Source: Longimicrobiales bacterium
GTDB lineage: Bacteria > Gemmatimonadota > Gemmatimonadetes > Longimicrobiales > Gaopeijiaceae
DNA length: 64,000 nt
Direction: 5' to 3'
Assembly: GCA_965218295.1 (NCBI GenBank)
Contig: CBDCKN010000013.1
Coordinates: forward strand, 256,001-320,000
The translations under genes and the position numbers were made by a program. Positions 1-10,343 of the stretch are shown here, piece after piece. The notes below the pieces were generated by a model, which was given only the letters and a program-made list of their open reading frames with translations, was not told the DNA's origin and searched no databases. Each line of letters begins with the position of its first letter. Position 1 is the first letter of the stretch.

Positions 1-467
1 GAGGCCATGCCGGCTCCACACGCCCCGTACGCCTCCTGAGCTCACCTGGATCCCTCCGAGCAGCAACTCGTCCGCGACCCGCTGAGCTCCGTGCGTCGGA
101 GCCTCCAAGGCGTGGGCCAAGACCGCCTGCTCAATCTCTTCACTCACCCGGTTCGGGTGCGGTCCCTTCGGCCCGGAAGCTGGTCGATCAGCCCCTCGGC
201 CCCGTAAAGCTGGAAGTTCCTCCTGATCTCGTAGAACTGCTGCCGGCTGTAGCCCACGATCTTGCACGCCTTGCTCACGTTGCCGAGCTCCTGGGCCAAC
301 TGTAGCAGGCTCAGCTTGCGGCGCGCTATCTTCTCCCCCTGGACGGTGGTCATCTTCTCTCCCGTGCTAAGTGAGTGACTTCGACATCTCTCAATTAGCT
401 CCGGCGAGGGCGGCTGGCCACCGTCCTCTCTCGTGGTCAACTGTCAGGTGAATACCGTCTCAGCACA
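1..467 (-). mobile_element. IS481-family element, partial copy (runs off window start)
   Basis: Matches 34346-34813 apart from one missing C at ~172-174, which frameshifts the transposase. End reads TGTGCTGAGACGGTATTCACCTGACAGTTG on minus. Transposase start MTTVQGEKIARRKL at 353. Confidence 0.93.
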
Positions 468-1541
468 GTCAGGAGGTGGGGCTGGACGCCATGCTTCAAG
501 CAACTCTGCTGGATCAGCCGGCTGGCCAGGGCAGAGTTCTCCCGATCCGCCACCATCCATCCCACGACGTAGCGGCTGAAGATGTCCAGGATCACGTAGA
601 GGTAGAAGTAACTCCACTTCTTCGGCCCCAGCAGCCGGGTGATATCCCAGGACCAGACCTGGTTCGGGCCCCTCGCCATCAACTCGGGCTTCTGGTATTT
701 GGGATGACTCCGCTGCGCTCGACGCTCCTGAACCGGCACCTGGGAAGCCAGAACGCGATACATCGTACGCTCGCTGCACAGGTAGACGTCCTCGTCGAGC
801 AGCGTCGCCACCACCTCGGCTGGGGACCGGTCCACGAACCGCTCCGAACACAGGGTGTCGAAAATCTTGTCCCGCTCCCTCTCACTTAAGGCCCGGGCGG
901 GGGTCGGGCGGGGCTGCTGATGCCCGGTCGATGCACTCCGACGACGGTAGAACGTGGCTCGCGGCACCCTGAGCGCATCGCACGCGGGCTTCACCCCTAC
1001 GTGCTTGGCTAGCTCCTGGGTCGCCTTCATGAGTTCGTCCCGTCCTCGAGGCTCAATCCAGCAGCCCTGCAACTTTTCCCTGGACGTCGATGATCAAGTG
1101 CGCCTTCTGGAGCTCCTTCTCGAGGCGAGTGTTCTCGCGCTCCAGCTTGCGCACCTTCTCCTCCAGCGGATTGCGCTCGCGCTTACGGCCTCGCTTCTTC
1201 GACAGCGCTTTCAGGGACCCGCTATGCGCCGCCTTGCGCCATGTCGTCAGGTGCGACGAGTATAAGCCCTCCCGCCGTAGGAGTCGGCCAACCTCTCCGG
1301 GCTCCGTGCACCGGTCCGCTTCTTCGACGATCCGCAGCTTGTACGACGGAGCGAACCGCCGGCGCAGCGGCCTATCTACCACCTCCGAGTCCGCAGGAGC
1401 TGCCGCGCTTCGCTTACCGTCCCAGGTTGGTGGGGCTATTCCATTCTCTTTCATTCTCTCTCGGTGTCTCAGCATCCTCGGTTTCTCTGCCTTCGCCCTA
1501 CTCTAATTCCTTAGCTGCTCCGTGTCTCACGTAAGTTGGCA
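468..1541 (-). mobile_element. IS3-family element interrupted by IS481
   Basis: orfA 1053-1475 (HTH, RRRFAPSYKLRIV..GLYSSHLTTWR). orfB 468-1072 (WSWDIT..YLYVILDIFSRYVVGW integrase core) is cut at 467/468. Probable left end TGCCAACTTACGTGAGACA at 1541-1523. Confidence 0.88.
1074..1080 (-). other. Putative -1 ribosomal frameshift site G-GGA-AAA (IS3 orfA/orfB)
   Basis: X-XXY-YYZ heptamer at the orfA/orfB overlap, the usual IS3 arrangement. Confidence 0.6.
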
Positions 1542-1644
1542 GAGAGGGAAGGAGTGCAACGCCAAATTTCAGGAAGATGTCGGCGTAGGGACGGCCCACC
1601 GGCCCTCCCGAAATCTGCCAGACAGACGGAGTGCGCGTGCCCAT
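1542..1644 (-). pseudogene. 5' stub of a gene downstream of the DUF1156 methylase, truncated by IS3
   Basis: GAGGGAG RBS overlaps the methylase stop. MGTRTPSVWQISGGPVGRPYADIFLKFGVALL runs into the IS3 end. Confidence 0.6.
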
Positions 1645-1657
1645 CAATGCAACTCCC

Positions 1658-3587
1658 TCATCGAGGCACCGCCAGAAGCATGGCGGCGAGGAGACGTTTC
1701 TCCTCGCTTCCCTTGGGATAGAGCGCCGAGAGCGCGTTGGCCAAGCGCAGGAAGTCCGGTCCACGGTCCTGCTCGACCCCGATCAACTTTCGCAGGGCGT
1801 TGGCCTGGCCGCTCGCTTGCAGGAGCATCGCTGCGTGCACGCGGTCCAGCGTCGTCGCGTCGGGGGAGCGGAACTCAGCGTCGCCGCTGAGGACCGCCTT
1901 CTTGCCACGGCCGCGGGTTTTCTTTCTTGTCACAGGTTCCATGTCGGGGAAGAGCATACCTTGCAGGTCGCCTCCGGTGTCGCTTTCGATCCAGTCAGCT
2001 GCGACGCGGGTGCCGTCCTCACCGAAGAGCGCTTTGGCGCGCTCGGCGACGGGCAAGAGACGCACTACACCCTTCGCTTGACCAATGATGCGGTCTGTCC
2101 AGACATCGAGATCGATGCCCATCGGCTGGGCGAAGCGGCGGACTACGTCAAAGGGAAGACTGAAACCCTTCGCCACCACCTTGGCGGTCGAATCCTCGTC
2201 TTCTTTTTCTTTCTTGCCGTTCTCCTCGGGCACGTCGGTGCTCTGGAGTGTCCAGAGGAACAGTGCAGTCAGCCGCGCGTCTTCTTCCAACGAGCCGGTG
2301 ATGTCGCCGCTGCCGAGCACCTGCTTCAGCGCGACGCGGCCCACCACCTCCCAGACCTTCTCAAGGTACTCTGGTAGGCCGACCTCGCGGCCTTCGGCTG
2401 TTTCCACTGCCCGGTAGCGGCTGAAGATCTCAAGTGCAGGTCCGATGCAGGCAAAGACCAGGTCTGCACCGCGGATGCCCTCGCTCTGCAGGCGCTCCAT
2501 CCAGGCGGCGACGCGGGGTGGAAGTTCGTGCAGGACGTCGGCCCAGTCGCCGACGGGAGCGTCCTCGGGGCGGGGGCGGCAGATGAGGTGAACGCTGGTT
2601 TCCAAGGTTGCGGAGTCGCGAGCTCGGAGCCTGGCGCCCCTTTCAGTGGCGATGGGCCATGAGCCAGTGACCACCCACCCTCCTTGAAGCAAGCCATCGA
2701 GAAACGCCTCCCAGCCTTCCGTCGAAGAGTGAGCAAACACAACGCAGCCAATGCCGTCGTCCGTGAGGATTCGGCGACCTTCCTTGAACGCCCGCCCGAT
2801 CGCCGTCTCGAAGAATTTCCTATTCTTCGGAACACCGGCAACTGATCGGTTGTCATCCTGGACCATCTCGCGATCCTTCGGTGAGAGGCCGTTATCAGGC
2901 TGAAAGGGGCTGCGGAGAGCTGGCTCTCCTGGAAGAGTCCGCTTGTGCCAGACATAGTAGACGTCGGCCAAGTCCGAGTACGGAATAGCATCGTAGTAGG
3001 GAGGATCTGTGAACCAGCAGGACGCTGAAGCGTCGGGGAGAGGATGCTCGCCAGCGTCCGCGGTTTGCACTTGCCCTGGATGATCCATGACGGGTGCGAG
3101 TCCCTCGATAACATCGACCGTACTCGCTAGGGCATCGTCGATGCCGCCAGCAAAGCCAGCGAACGGGTACATCTCCGGGTAATCCCACGCCATCGAAATC
3201 GCCTGAAGTGCGAACGTGCCCGCGACTGTCTCGCTGCCCCGATGCCACTTCGAGAACGCGTTCCAGTGCCGGATACACCTACCGGTCGACAAACAAAGAA
3301 ACCTCTTCACCGCATCTGCGAATCCAACGTCCGAATGGCGTCCTGCAGAAGAGCCAAAGCCAGTTTCTGACGCGCAGAAAACAGGTCTCCGAACGTCTTG
3401 CAGCCGTACAAGTGCATCCTGAATGGCGAGTTCCGGCTTACCTTGTGCTGGACGATCGCTTCGTCTGGAATTAGCGACAGCCCATCCAAGACACCTTGCC
3501 CCTGAGGTCGTCCAGCCGTTGCATAGCTCGTCCCACCGCCGTGTAGTCGGCGGCAGACGCTAGGCGATATTGCCTGCCCTTTCCGAT
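1658..3587 (-). pseudogene. DUF1156-family adenine-specific DNA methylase, N-terminus removed at IS256
   Basis: TDPPYYD motif IV, YSDLADVYYVW, VVFAHSSTEGW, SWPIATE, GIRGADLVFACIGPALEIFSRY. Upstream pieces GRQYRL..PDE are frameshifted at ~3320 and ~3490. Confidence 0.85.
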
Positions 3588-5034
3588 GGTGTCCCGCTGA
3601 CAGTTGAAGGTGGTGGCTCCGGAGAGTCTCCTTGTTAGCCTGCCTTTCTCATTTCGGCAACCGGTTCATGGTCGTCGAGGTGGGCCCTGAGCATCCAGAG
3701 CTGGTCGTAGCCGATGATCCTCCGGTAGCTCTTCTCGGTCTCCACGAACGAGGCCGCAGCCCAGCGCAAGGCCATCGCTCCGTTCTTCCAGTTGGTCACC
3801 CTGCGGGTCTTCTGTCTTACGCCCGAGTGGGTGCTGTCGATCAGGTTGGTCGAGCCCAGGCACTTCCTCAGCCGCGGCGGGAGGCCGAGCCGGTTGATCG
3901 TGAACATCTCGCTGAGGCCTTCGCGTAGGCTGGCCGAGGCCGAGGGGTGGTCGCGCTCGAGCATCGGGCGAGCTGCTCGAGCTTCTGCTCGCCCTGCTTC
4001 GCGTCCAGCTTCATCGCCGCCCGGAACGCCGCCTTCACCTGAGGATGCTGATCCTTCGGCAGATGACCCAGCACGTTGCGGAGCTTGTGGTTGCGGCAGC
4101 GCTGGATGGGGTGACGTTGGCCGACACCTTCTCGATCGCCTTCCTGAGCGCTTTCGAGCCATCGATCACGAACAGCCGCCGCCTGCCCGGGTCCAGGCCG
4201 CGCTCGACCAGATCCTCTAGGAGCGCCCCGGTCACCTCGGCGTTCTCACTCGCTCCTTCCCTCACGCCCAGCACGTGCTTCTTTCCGTCTGAGTCCACGC
4301 CTACCGCAGCAAGCACGTGGTGCGAGCCCATCTGGATCCCGTCCAGGTAGATCACCAGGAGGTCCCACGCATCCAGCCGGCGCTCCATCAGCTCCTTCAG
4401 CACGCGCTCCGAGGCCTCGACCGTCTCACGGCTCACCGCCGACTTGCTCACCCCGACCGTGTCGGCCATCTCACCGATCACACGGCCGTACTTCCGGCGT
4501 GCTCACCCCCGCCATCAGGACCTCGAGCATCCGATCCGCCACGGCGCCCGGTCTCCGCATCGCTGCGTACGCCGGCACCTCGACCTCGCCACCCTCCCCG
4601 GCGCCCCGGCGCCTGAGCCGTGGCCGCTCCACACGCACCTTCCGGTCCGACAGGTAAACCACACCACCCTGCCGCCATACACACCGTGTCGTCTTCCGCT
4701 CGTGACCGACCTGCCTGCTTCACGCCTGCCACACCCTCGGCGCTCATCTCCAGCACCGCTTCGATCGTCGCTCGTCCCATCACCTGGATGACTTCGTCGA
4801 TCGCGACCTCCGTCTGCTCCACGAGCTCAAGCATCGGAAGCAGAAACTGCCCCTCCGCTTCAGGAACTCCCTGATCGCGCGCTTGTCCGCCCGATCCCTT
4901 ACCTCGTACGTTCTCTTCATCGTGGTGGCTCCGTGTTGGGGTTTTTGCCTACCCGAGCCTATCGGCCCGGGACCCCCGGAGCCACCACTTTTCTTTCTCC
5001 CCTATCAGGAACCTTCAACTACGGTTGGGACAGC
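3588..5034 (-). mobile_element. IS256-family element (transposase split by several frameshifts)
   Basis: IRs GGTGTCCCGCTGACAGTTGAAGGT (from 3588) and GCTGTCCCAACCGTAGTTGAAGGT (from 5034, minus). Motifs IYLDGI, KHVLGVREGASEN, FVIDGSKAL, STNLIDS. Confidence 0.9.
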
Positions 5035-6028
5035 TTCTGGGGGTGTGCGCAGCTATCACACCGTGGAACTTCCCCATGTCCATGCCCACTGGATGGTGCT
5101 TCCGGCACTGGCCGCCGGCAACACGGTGATTCTCAAACCGTCGGAAGAGACCCCGCTGTGCGGTCAGGCGTACGCCGACGTGCTCAACGCGGCGCTCCCG
5201 CCGGACGTTCTACAGGTGGTCCACGGAGCGGACGATCAGGGCAAGCGGCTGGTCGAGAGCGACGTGGACCTCATCGCCTTCACTGGCTCCCGGGAGACGG
5301 GCAAGCACATCCTCCGGTCGGCGAGCGGCGAGCTGAAGCGGGTGATCCTCGAGCTAGGCGGCAAGGATCCCATGGTGGTCCTGGAGAGCGCCGATCTCGA
5401 GAAGGCGGCCAAGTTCGCGGCGTGGAACAGCTTCCGGAACGCCGGTCAGGTTTGTGTGAGCACCGAGAGGATATTCGTGCCGGACTCGGTGGCGGATCGC
5501 TTCGAGGCGCTCCTGGTGGAGGCCGGGGAGGCCATGAAGCAGGGAGACGGTCTGGATGAGGGGATCAGGGTGGGTCCCATGGTCAACGCCCAACAGCGGG
5601 CTCACGTCCTCGAGCAGCTTGACGAAGCCATCGCCGATGGCGCCACCTCTCAGGTGGTTCCGGCCATCACGACAACTTCGTCACCCCTACATCCTCACGG
5701 GTGTGAGAGGAAGAGATGGCCATCGCCAAGGACGAGACGTTCGGGCCTGTGGCCTGTGTGACGCGTGTGGCGTCAGAGGAAGAGGCCATCGAAAAGGCCA
5801 ACTCCACCCACTTCGGGTTGGGCGCCGTCGTCTTCGGGTGAAGACGACGAGCGGACGGCCCAGATAGCCCGCCAACTGACGGCCGGGATGATCGGGATCA
5901 ACAAGGCCGCAGGTGGTGCGAGAGGCACACCCTGGGTGGGGGCCCGCCAGAGCGGCTACGGCTTCCACAAGTCCATTGACGGGCACCGCCAGTTCACCCA
6001 GGTGCGGGTCGTCACGAAGCCTGCATGA
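5035..6028 (+). pseudogene. Aldehyde dehydrogenase, N-terminally truncated and frameshifted
   Basis: LGVCAAITPWNFP begins right after the IS256 end. Also KPSEETP, FTGS, LELGGKDP, NAGQVC, ETFGPV. Confidence 0.88.
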
Positions 6029-6052
6029 GGGGACCGCCGCCGCCGCCGGATC

Positions 6053-6259
6053 CTAAAGGATGATGGCCAAGGGCACGAGGAACACATAGCCCACCACCAG
6101 GAGGATGGGCGCCCAAGTGATGGAGCCCTGGGCGAGAAGCCAGTACGCGAACGTAATGGTGAGCAGGGCACCGACCGCGAAAGCGAGGTTGATCCCGGAG
6201 AACTGGAGGGACGCCTTCCCGACCTCTCCGCTCGATTTCGTGTCGTTCTTCTTGGCCAT
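6053..6259 (-). CDS. Small two-TM membrane protein (DUF3098-like)
   Basis: MAKKND..INLAFAVGALLTITFAYWLLAQGSITWAPILLVVGY; promoter immediately upstream. Confidence 0.7.
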   Translation of the reverse strand: MAKKNDTKSSGEVGKASLQFSGINLAFAVGALLTITFAYWLLAQGSITWAPILLVVGYVFLVPLAIIL

Positions 6260-6295
6260 GGCCACGATCCTATTCTCGCCAGATCCTCGGGTCAA
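6260..6295 (-). promoter_or_regulatory. sigma70-type promoter, probably leaderless
   Basis: TTGACC-N17-TAGGAT-N7-ATG, no Shine-Dalgarno. Confidence 0.65.
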
Positions 6296-6340
6296 CCGAC
6301 TCATGGTCCTCGGGCGCCGCGCCGACGTGGTAACGGGCCA

Positions 6341-7704
6341 CTACAGGCCGAAGCGTTCTACGTAGCGGGCGAGGCGAGAGCGGGAGATCCCGAGCAGCCT
6401 GGCCGCTTCCGTCTTGTTTGCACCCGTGCTCTCCAGCACCCGACGAATCTGGCGCTCGATGGCTCCGTCCAGGGTCATGTCACCCTCCCTGGCGGGTGCC
6501 ATCTGGGCCTTCGGCGGGCAACCATCCCCCGACAGACCAAGGGCCAGATGCTCCGGACCCACCACAGAACCCCGGCGCGACGATGGCGGCTCTGGTGAGA
6601 GCGTTCTCGAGCTCACGCACGTTGCCCGGCCAGTCGTAGGCCACCAGCTCTCCCATCGCCGTTTCCGAAATCCGTCGCACCTCACTGCCTGTCTCGTTGC
6701 GGATGCGGCCCAGAAGATGGTTGGCCAGGAGAGGGATGTCGCCCTTTCGGTATCGCAGGCTCGGAACTTCGATCTCAACGACCCGTAGCCGGAAGTACAG
6801 ATCCTCACGGAAGCCGCCCTCCGTTACTAGCTCTTCCATGGGCTGGTGTGTGGCTGCAACCATCCTGGCCTCCGTCCGTTTCGCCTGCTCGCCTCCCACG
6901 GGATAGAACTGTCGCTCCTGGAGCACCCGTAGGAGCTTCGACTGGAAGTCGGGTGAGGTGTCGCCGATCTCGTCCAAGAAGATGGTCCCCCGCCCCGCCA
7001 GCTCGAAATAGCCCTTCCTCGCCCCGACCGCCCCCGTGAAGGCACCCCGCACGTGCCCGAACAGCTCCGACTCCAGCAGGGTGTCCGTCAGCGCCGTGCA
7101 GTTCACCGCGATGAAGGGCTCACTCGAGTGGAGCGAGTGGTCGTGAATGGCACGAGCCACCAGCTCCTTGCCCGTGCCGGTCTCGCCCCGAACGAGGACG
7201 GTGGTTCCGGTTCCGCGCGAGGACACCGATCATCTTGTAGATCTCGATCATCCTCGGGTCACGGCCGATCACGGTGCCGGCCCCAACGCCGTCGGCCAAC
7301 TCGGCCTCGGGCTCGGGCCCCTCTGCCGAGGCCCGGATCAGCTCCTGCTCAGCCAGGCAGCGCTCGACAACCGACTCGAGCTCTTTCAGGCCCACGGGCT
7401 TCACCAGGTAGTCGAACGCCCCGGACTTCATGGCCTTGACGGCCGAGGTCATGGAGTCGTGGCCCGTCATCACGATGACATCCACGCCGCTCATGGACTT
7501 CCGGATCCTGTTGAGGAGCTCCAGTCCGGTCATCCCGTCCATACGCACATCCGTGATGACCACGGCGGGATCGAACGCCTTGACCTTACCGAGGGCAGCC
7601 TCGGCGCTCTCGGCTTCATCCAGCTCGTAGCCCGAATGCTCGAGCTTGGCCCTGAAGACGGAGCGGGTGTCGGCGTCGTCGTCGACGAGCAGGATACGAG
7701 ACAA
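6341..7704 (-). CDS. Sigma54-dependent response regulator (NtrC/AtoC family), two apparent frameshifts
   Basis: Receiver domain (ILLVDDD, DVRM, KP), [32 protein letters not shown]-terminal Fis HTH. Shifts at ~7210 and ~6570. Confidence 0.9.
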
Positions 7705-7761
7705 TGGTGTCCTCTTTAGAAGGCTGTACAGCCTTCTGGTGCGTGGAGGCGTCGGATACTC

Positions 7762-8723
7762 TTACTCCGATCTGTCGGGGTCGGGTCCAGGCACGTCCGC
7801 GCCCGACGGGTCCTCGAGCCAGAAGCTTGGCTGGTCGGGAACGTCCTGAGCCCTTAGGCGAGCCAGGCGCTCTCGCCTGGCTCGCCTGCGGACTCCCACC
7901 ATGGCAGCCAGAGCCAGGCTCAGGAACATCCAGAACACGGCCGAGTGGGAGAGGACGAACAGCCAGCCGTACCGGCCCTCGACATAGCGCCGCCAGTCCT
8001 CCTCGAATTGAGCCGTAGTGACACCATACGTGGATCGAAACGCCCGATCGAAATTACCGACTTCCTTCCACCTCCTGAGCAAGACCTCCCAGCGCACGGG
8101 GGCTGCTCTGCACGACCAGGTACTCGATGGTCGTGGCGGAGAGGAGGTAGGCCGTCTGGGCCCTCGCCCTGGTCCCGGGGCCACGAGAGATCGAGAGAGT
8201 CCAGCGGGTTCCGGTCCCTGGCCAGGGCCACCCTGAGCTTCCAACCCTCAGACCAGTCCCACCCGCCGCTGGCCCACTGGGCATAGCCCTCGGAGAACCA
8301 TCGGGGTACGCGAAGCCCCTGCAGGTACTGGTGCAAGCCGATGTGCGCCCACTCGTGGCGGAGCACCTGGGTGTCGCTCCAGCCGCGCCCCCGTGCGGAC
8401 ACGTAGGCAGGCATGACGATGGTCGCTTGGGCCGGGAGGGCAACCCCCGCACCCCAGTCGGGGACCTGCCCACTCGTGAGTCGCTCGAACACGGACTCAT
8501 CGGGTGCCAGGAGCACGAGAACCCCGGTGGGCACGTCGGGTGGAAGCCCCGGCAACGGGGGAGCAACCTCCAAAGCCGTGAGCACGCGCACCGCTTTGCC
8601 CGAGTCGGGTGCCATGAAGGAGACGGTGGCGCGGGTTCCCTCGAGTTGGCCGCCACCGGCGAGCGTCTGTCTGAGAGTGTCCTGCCCGATCCCGAGGAGT
8701 AGGACCAAGAGCCCGGGAATCAC
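7762..8723 (-). CDS. Peptidase MA-like (HExxH) exported/membrane-anchored protein, frameshifted
   Basis: N-terminal hydrophobic stretch, LRHEWAH..PRWFSEGYA, AYLLSAT, C-terminal TM. GTG start overlaps the TPR gene stop. Confidence 0.75.
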
Positions 8724-10337
8724 GCGCCGGCGGACGCTCCGAGCTGGTCGAGCTTGGCCTGAAGCGTGTGGTTCTCCGGGTTGAGCTCCAAGGCACGCCG
8801 CCACATGGCCCCTGCCTCGGCAGTCTCGGAGTTCTCCAGCGCGATGGCCCCGAGCTTGATGTAGACATCGTCTCCGAGGCGCGGGTCCGCCTTCACCGCA
8901 AGCTCGTACTGAGTCTTCGCCCGTGCCTTGTCTCCGCGGCGGAGGGCCTGGTCACCCAGCGCCTTGTGTGCCTGTGGCACCACCGGCTCCTGCTTGATAG
9001 CCCGCTCGTAGTAGGCCTCGGCCGCCTCGTTCTCTCCACGGTGCTCCAGCACGGCCCCGGTGTTGACCAGGATCGCCCCGTTATCGGAGTATTGTTCCAG
9101 CCCCTCGCGACCGATCTCCACGGCGCGGTCCATGTCGCCGGCGATGCCGGCCGCCAGCACCGAAAAGGCGAAGAACATGGGCGACAGCGTCCCCTCTCCG
9201 ACCTTGTCCTGATAGCCCTTGAAAGAGCCCATGGCGGCGGCTCCATCACCGGACTTCAACTTCACGATTCCCTGGGCGAGAAGAAGGCCGGGATCGTCCG
9301 AGTTCAGCTTCTCGGCCTCGGCGAGGGCGGCGAGCGCCTCGTCGTAACGCCCGATCCTCTCAAGCGCCAATGCGCGGTTACGGTGCAGGGCGTACGTCAT
9401 CTCCGCAGCCTCGCCCATCTCGTCGAAGTGCACGCTGGCTTCCTGCGCCCGACCCGCCTTCAGGCTGATGAGGCCGAGATAAGCCCGAGCCCGCGGATGG
9501 TTGGCATCCAGCTCGAGGGTCTTCCTGAGCTCCCGAATGGAGTCCTCCATCAGCCCGGACCGGGTAGAACGCCAAGCCGAGGTTCAGGTGCTCCTCCAGG
9601 GAGCCTTTGGCCCGCGACTCCGCGGCCCGCTTGCCGACTTGGACGGCGAAACCCGCTTGTATGAGCCCGTACAGCGCTTTACCCGTGTCGAACTCCACCA
9701 ACCCGGACTGGTCCACGAGATCCGTCACCGAGCGCTCACCGTCGATGAGCGGAATGATCCGCTGCTGTGCTTCCGTGAGGTCGATCCCTTCCTCTTCAAG
9801 GGGGTCGCGCTCCAGGGTGAAGACCAGGTTCATGGACGAGATCTTCTTTTCCATGACGCTCCATTCGTCGACGCGACGTGCTCCCTCCATCAGGAGAGCG
9901 TCGATGCTGATGGACACCCGCATCACGCTCTCCTCCGGCTTGACGTCGGCTTGGAACTGGAAGGTGCCCTGGTTCCAATGGAAGACGTGGTAGACGGCCT
10001 CTTCGATCTGTATGGAGATGTACTTTTCGAGATCCTCTTGAGAGAGGGCTCCACCCTCCACCAGCAGCTTGCCCAGCTTCTTCCCCCGCTCGTGGGCCTG
10101 CTTCTCCATGGCCGCCGAGAGCTGATCCCGGTCGATTACCTCGTTCTTCACCAGGAGCTCGCCAAGGCGGTCCGGACGGTCCACCACGGACGCGTAGACG
10201 ACCCGGCCGTCCTCGAAGTAGATGTAGCCGAAGTTGCCCTGGTCCGTCAGTGACAGGCAGCCCGTCTTCCTCCCCATGGCAAGAAGCTGGGAGATGTCGG
10301 CCAAGCTGACGTCTGCGAGAGCGCCTTCGATCGCCAT
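8720..10337 (-). CDS. DUF4388 domain + MshEN-like motif + TPR repeat protein (frameshift ~9560)
   Basis: MAIEGALADVSLADISQLL..KTGCL..GRVVYA, W..GTFQF, LLMEGARRVDEW, then multiple TPRs. Confidence 0.85.
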
Positions 10338-10343
10338 GCTGTT

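Noticed and set aside
5035..9600. Mass pseudogenisation or programmed frameshifting of host genes (also plsC and pta)
   Set aside because: Many shifts fall in short G/C homopolymers with motifs intact on both sides. The IS481 copies differ by the same kind of single-C loss, which points to sequencing indels.
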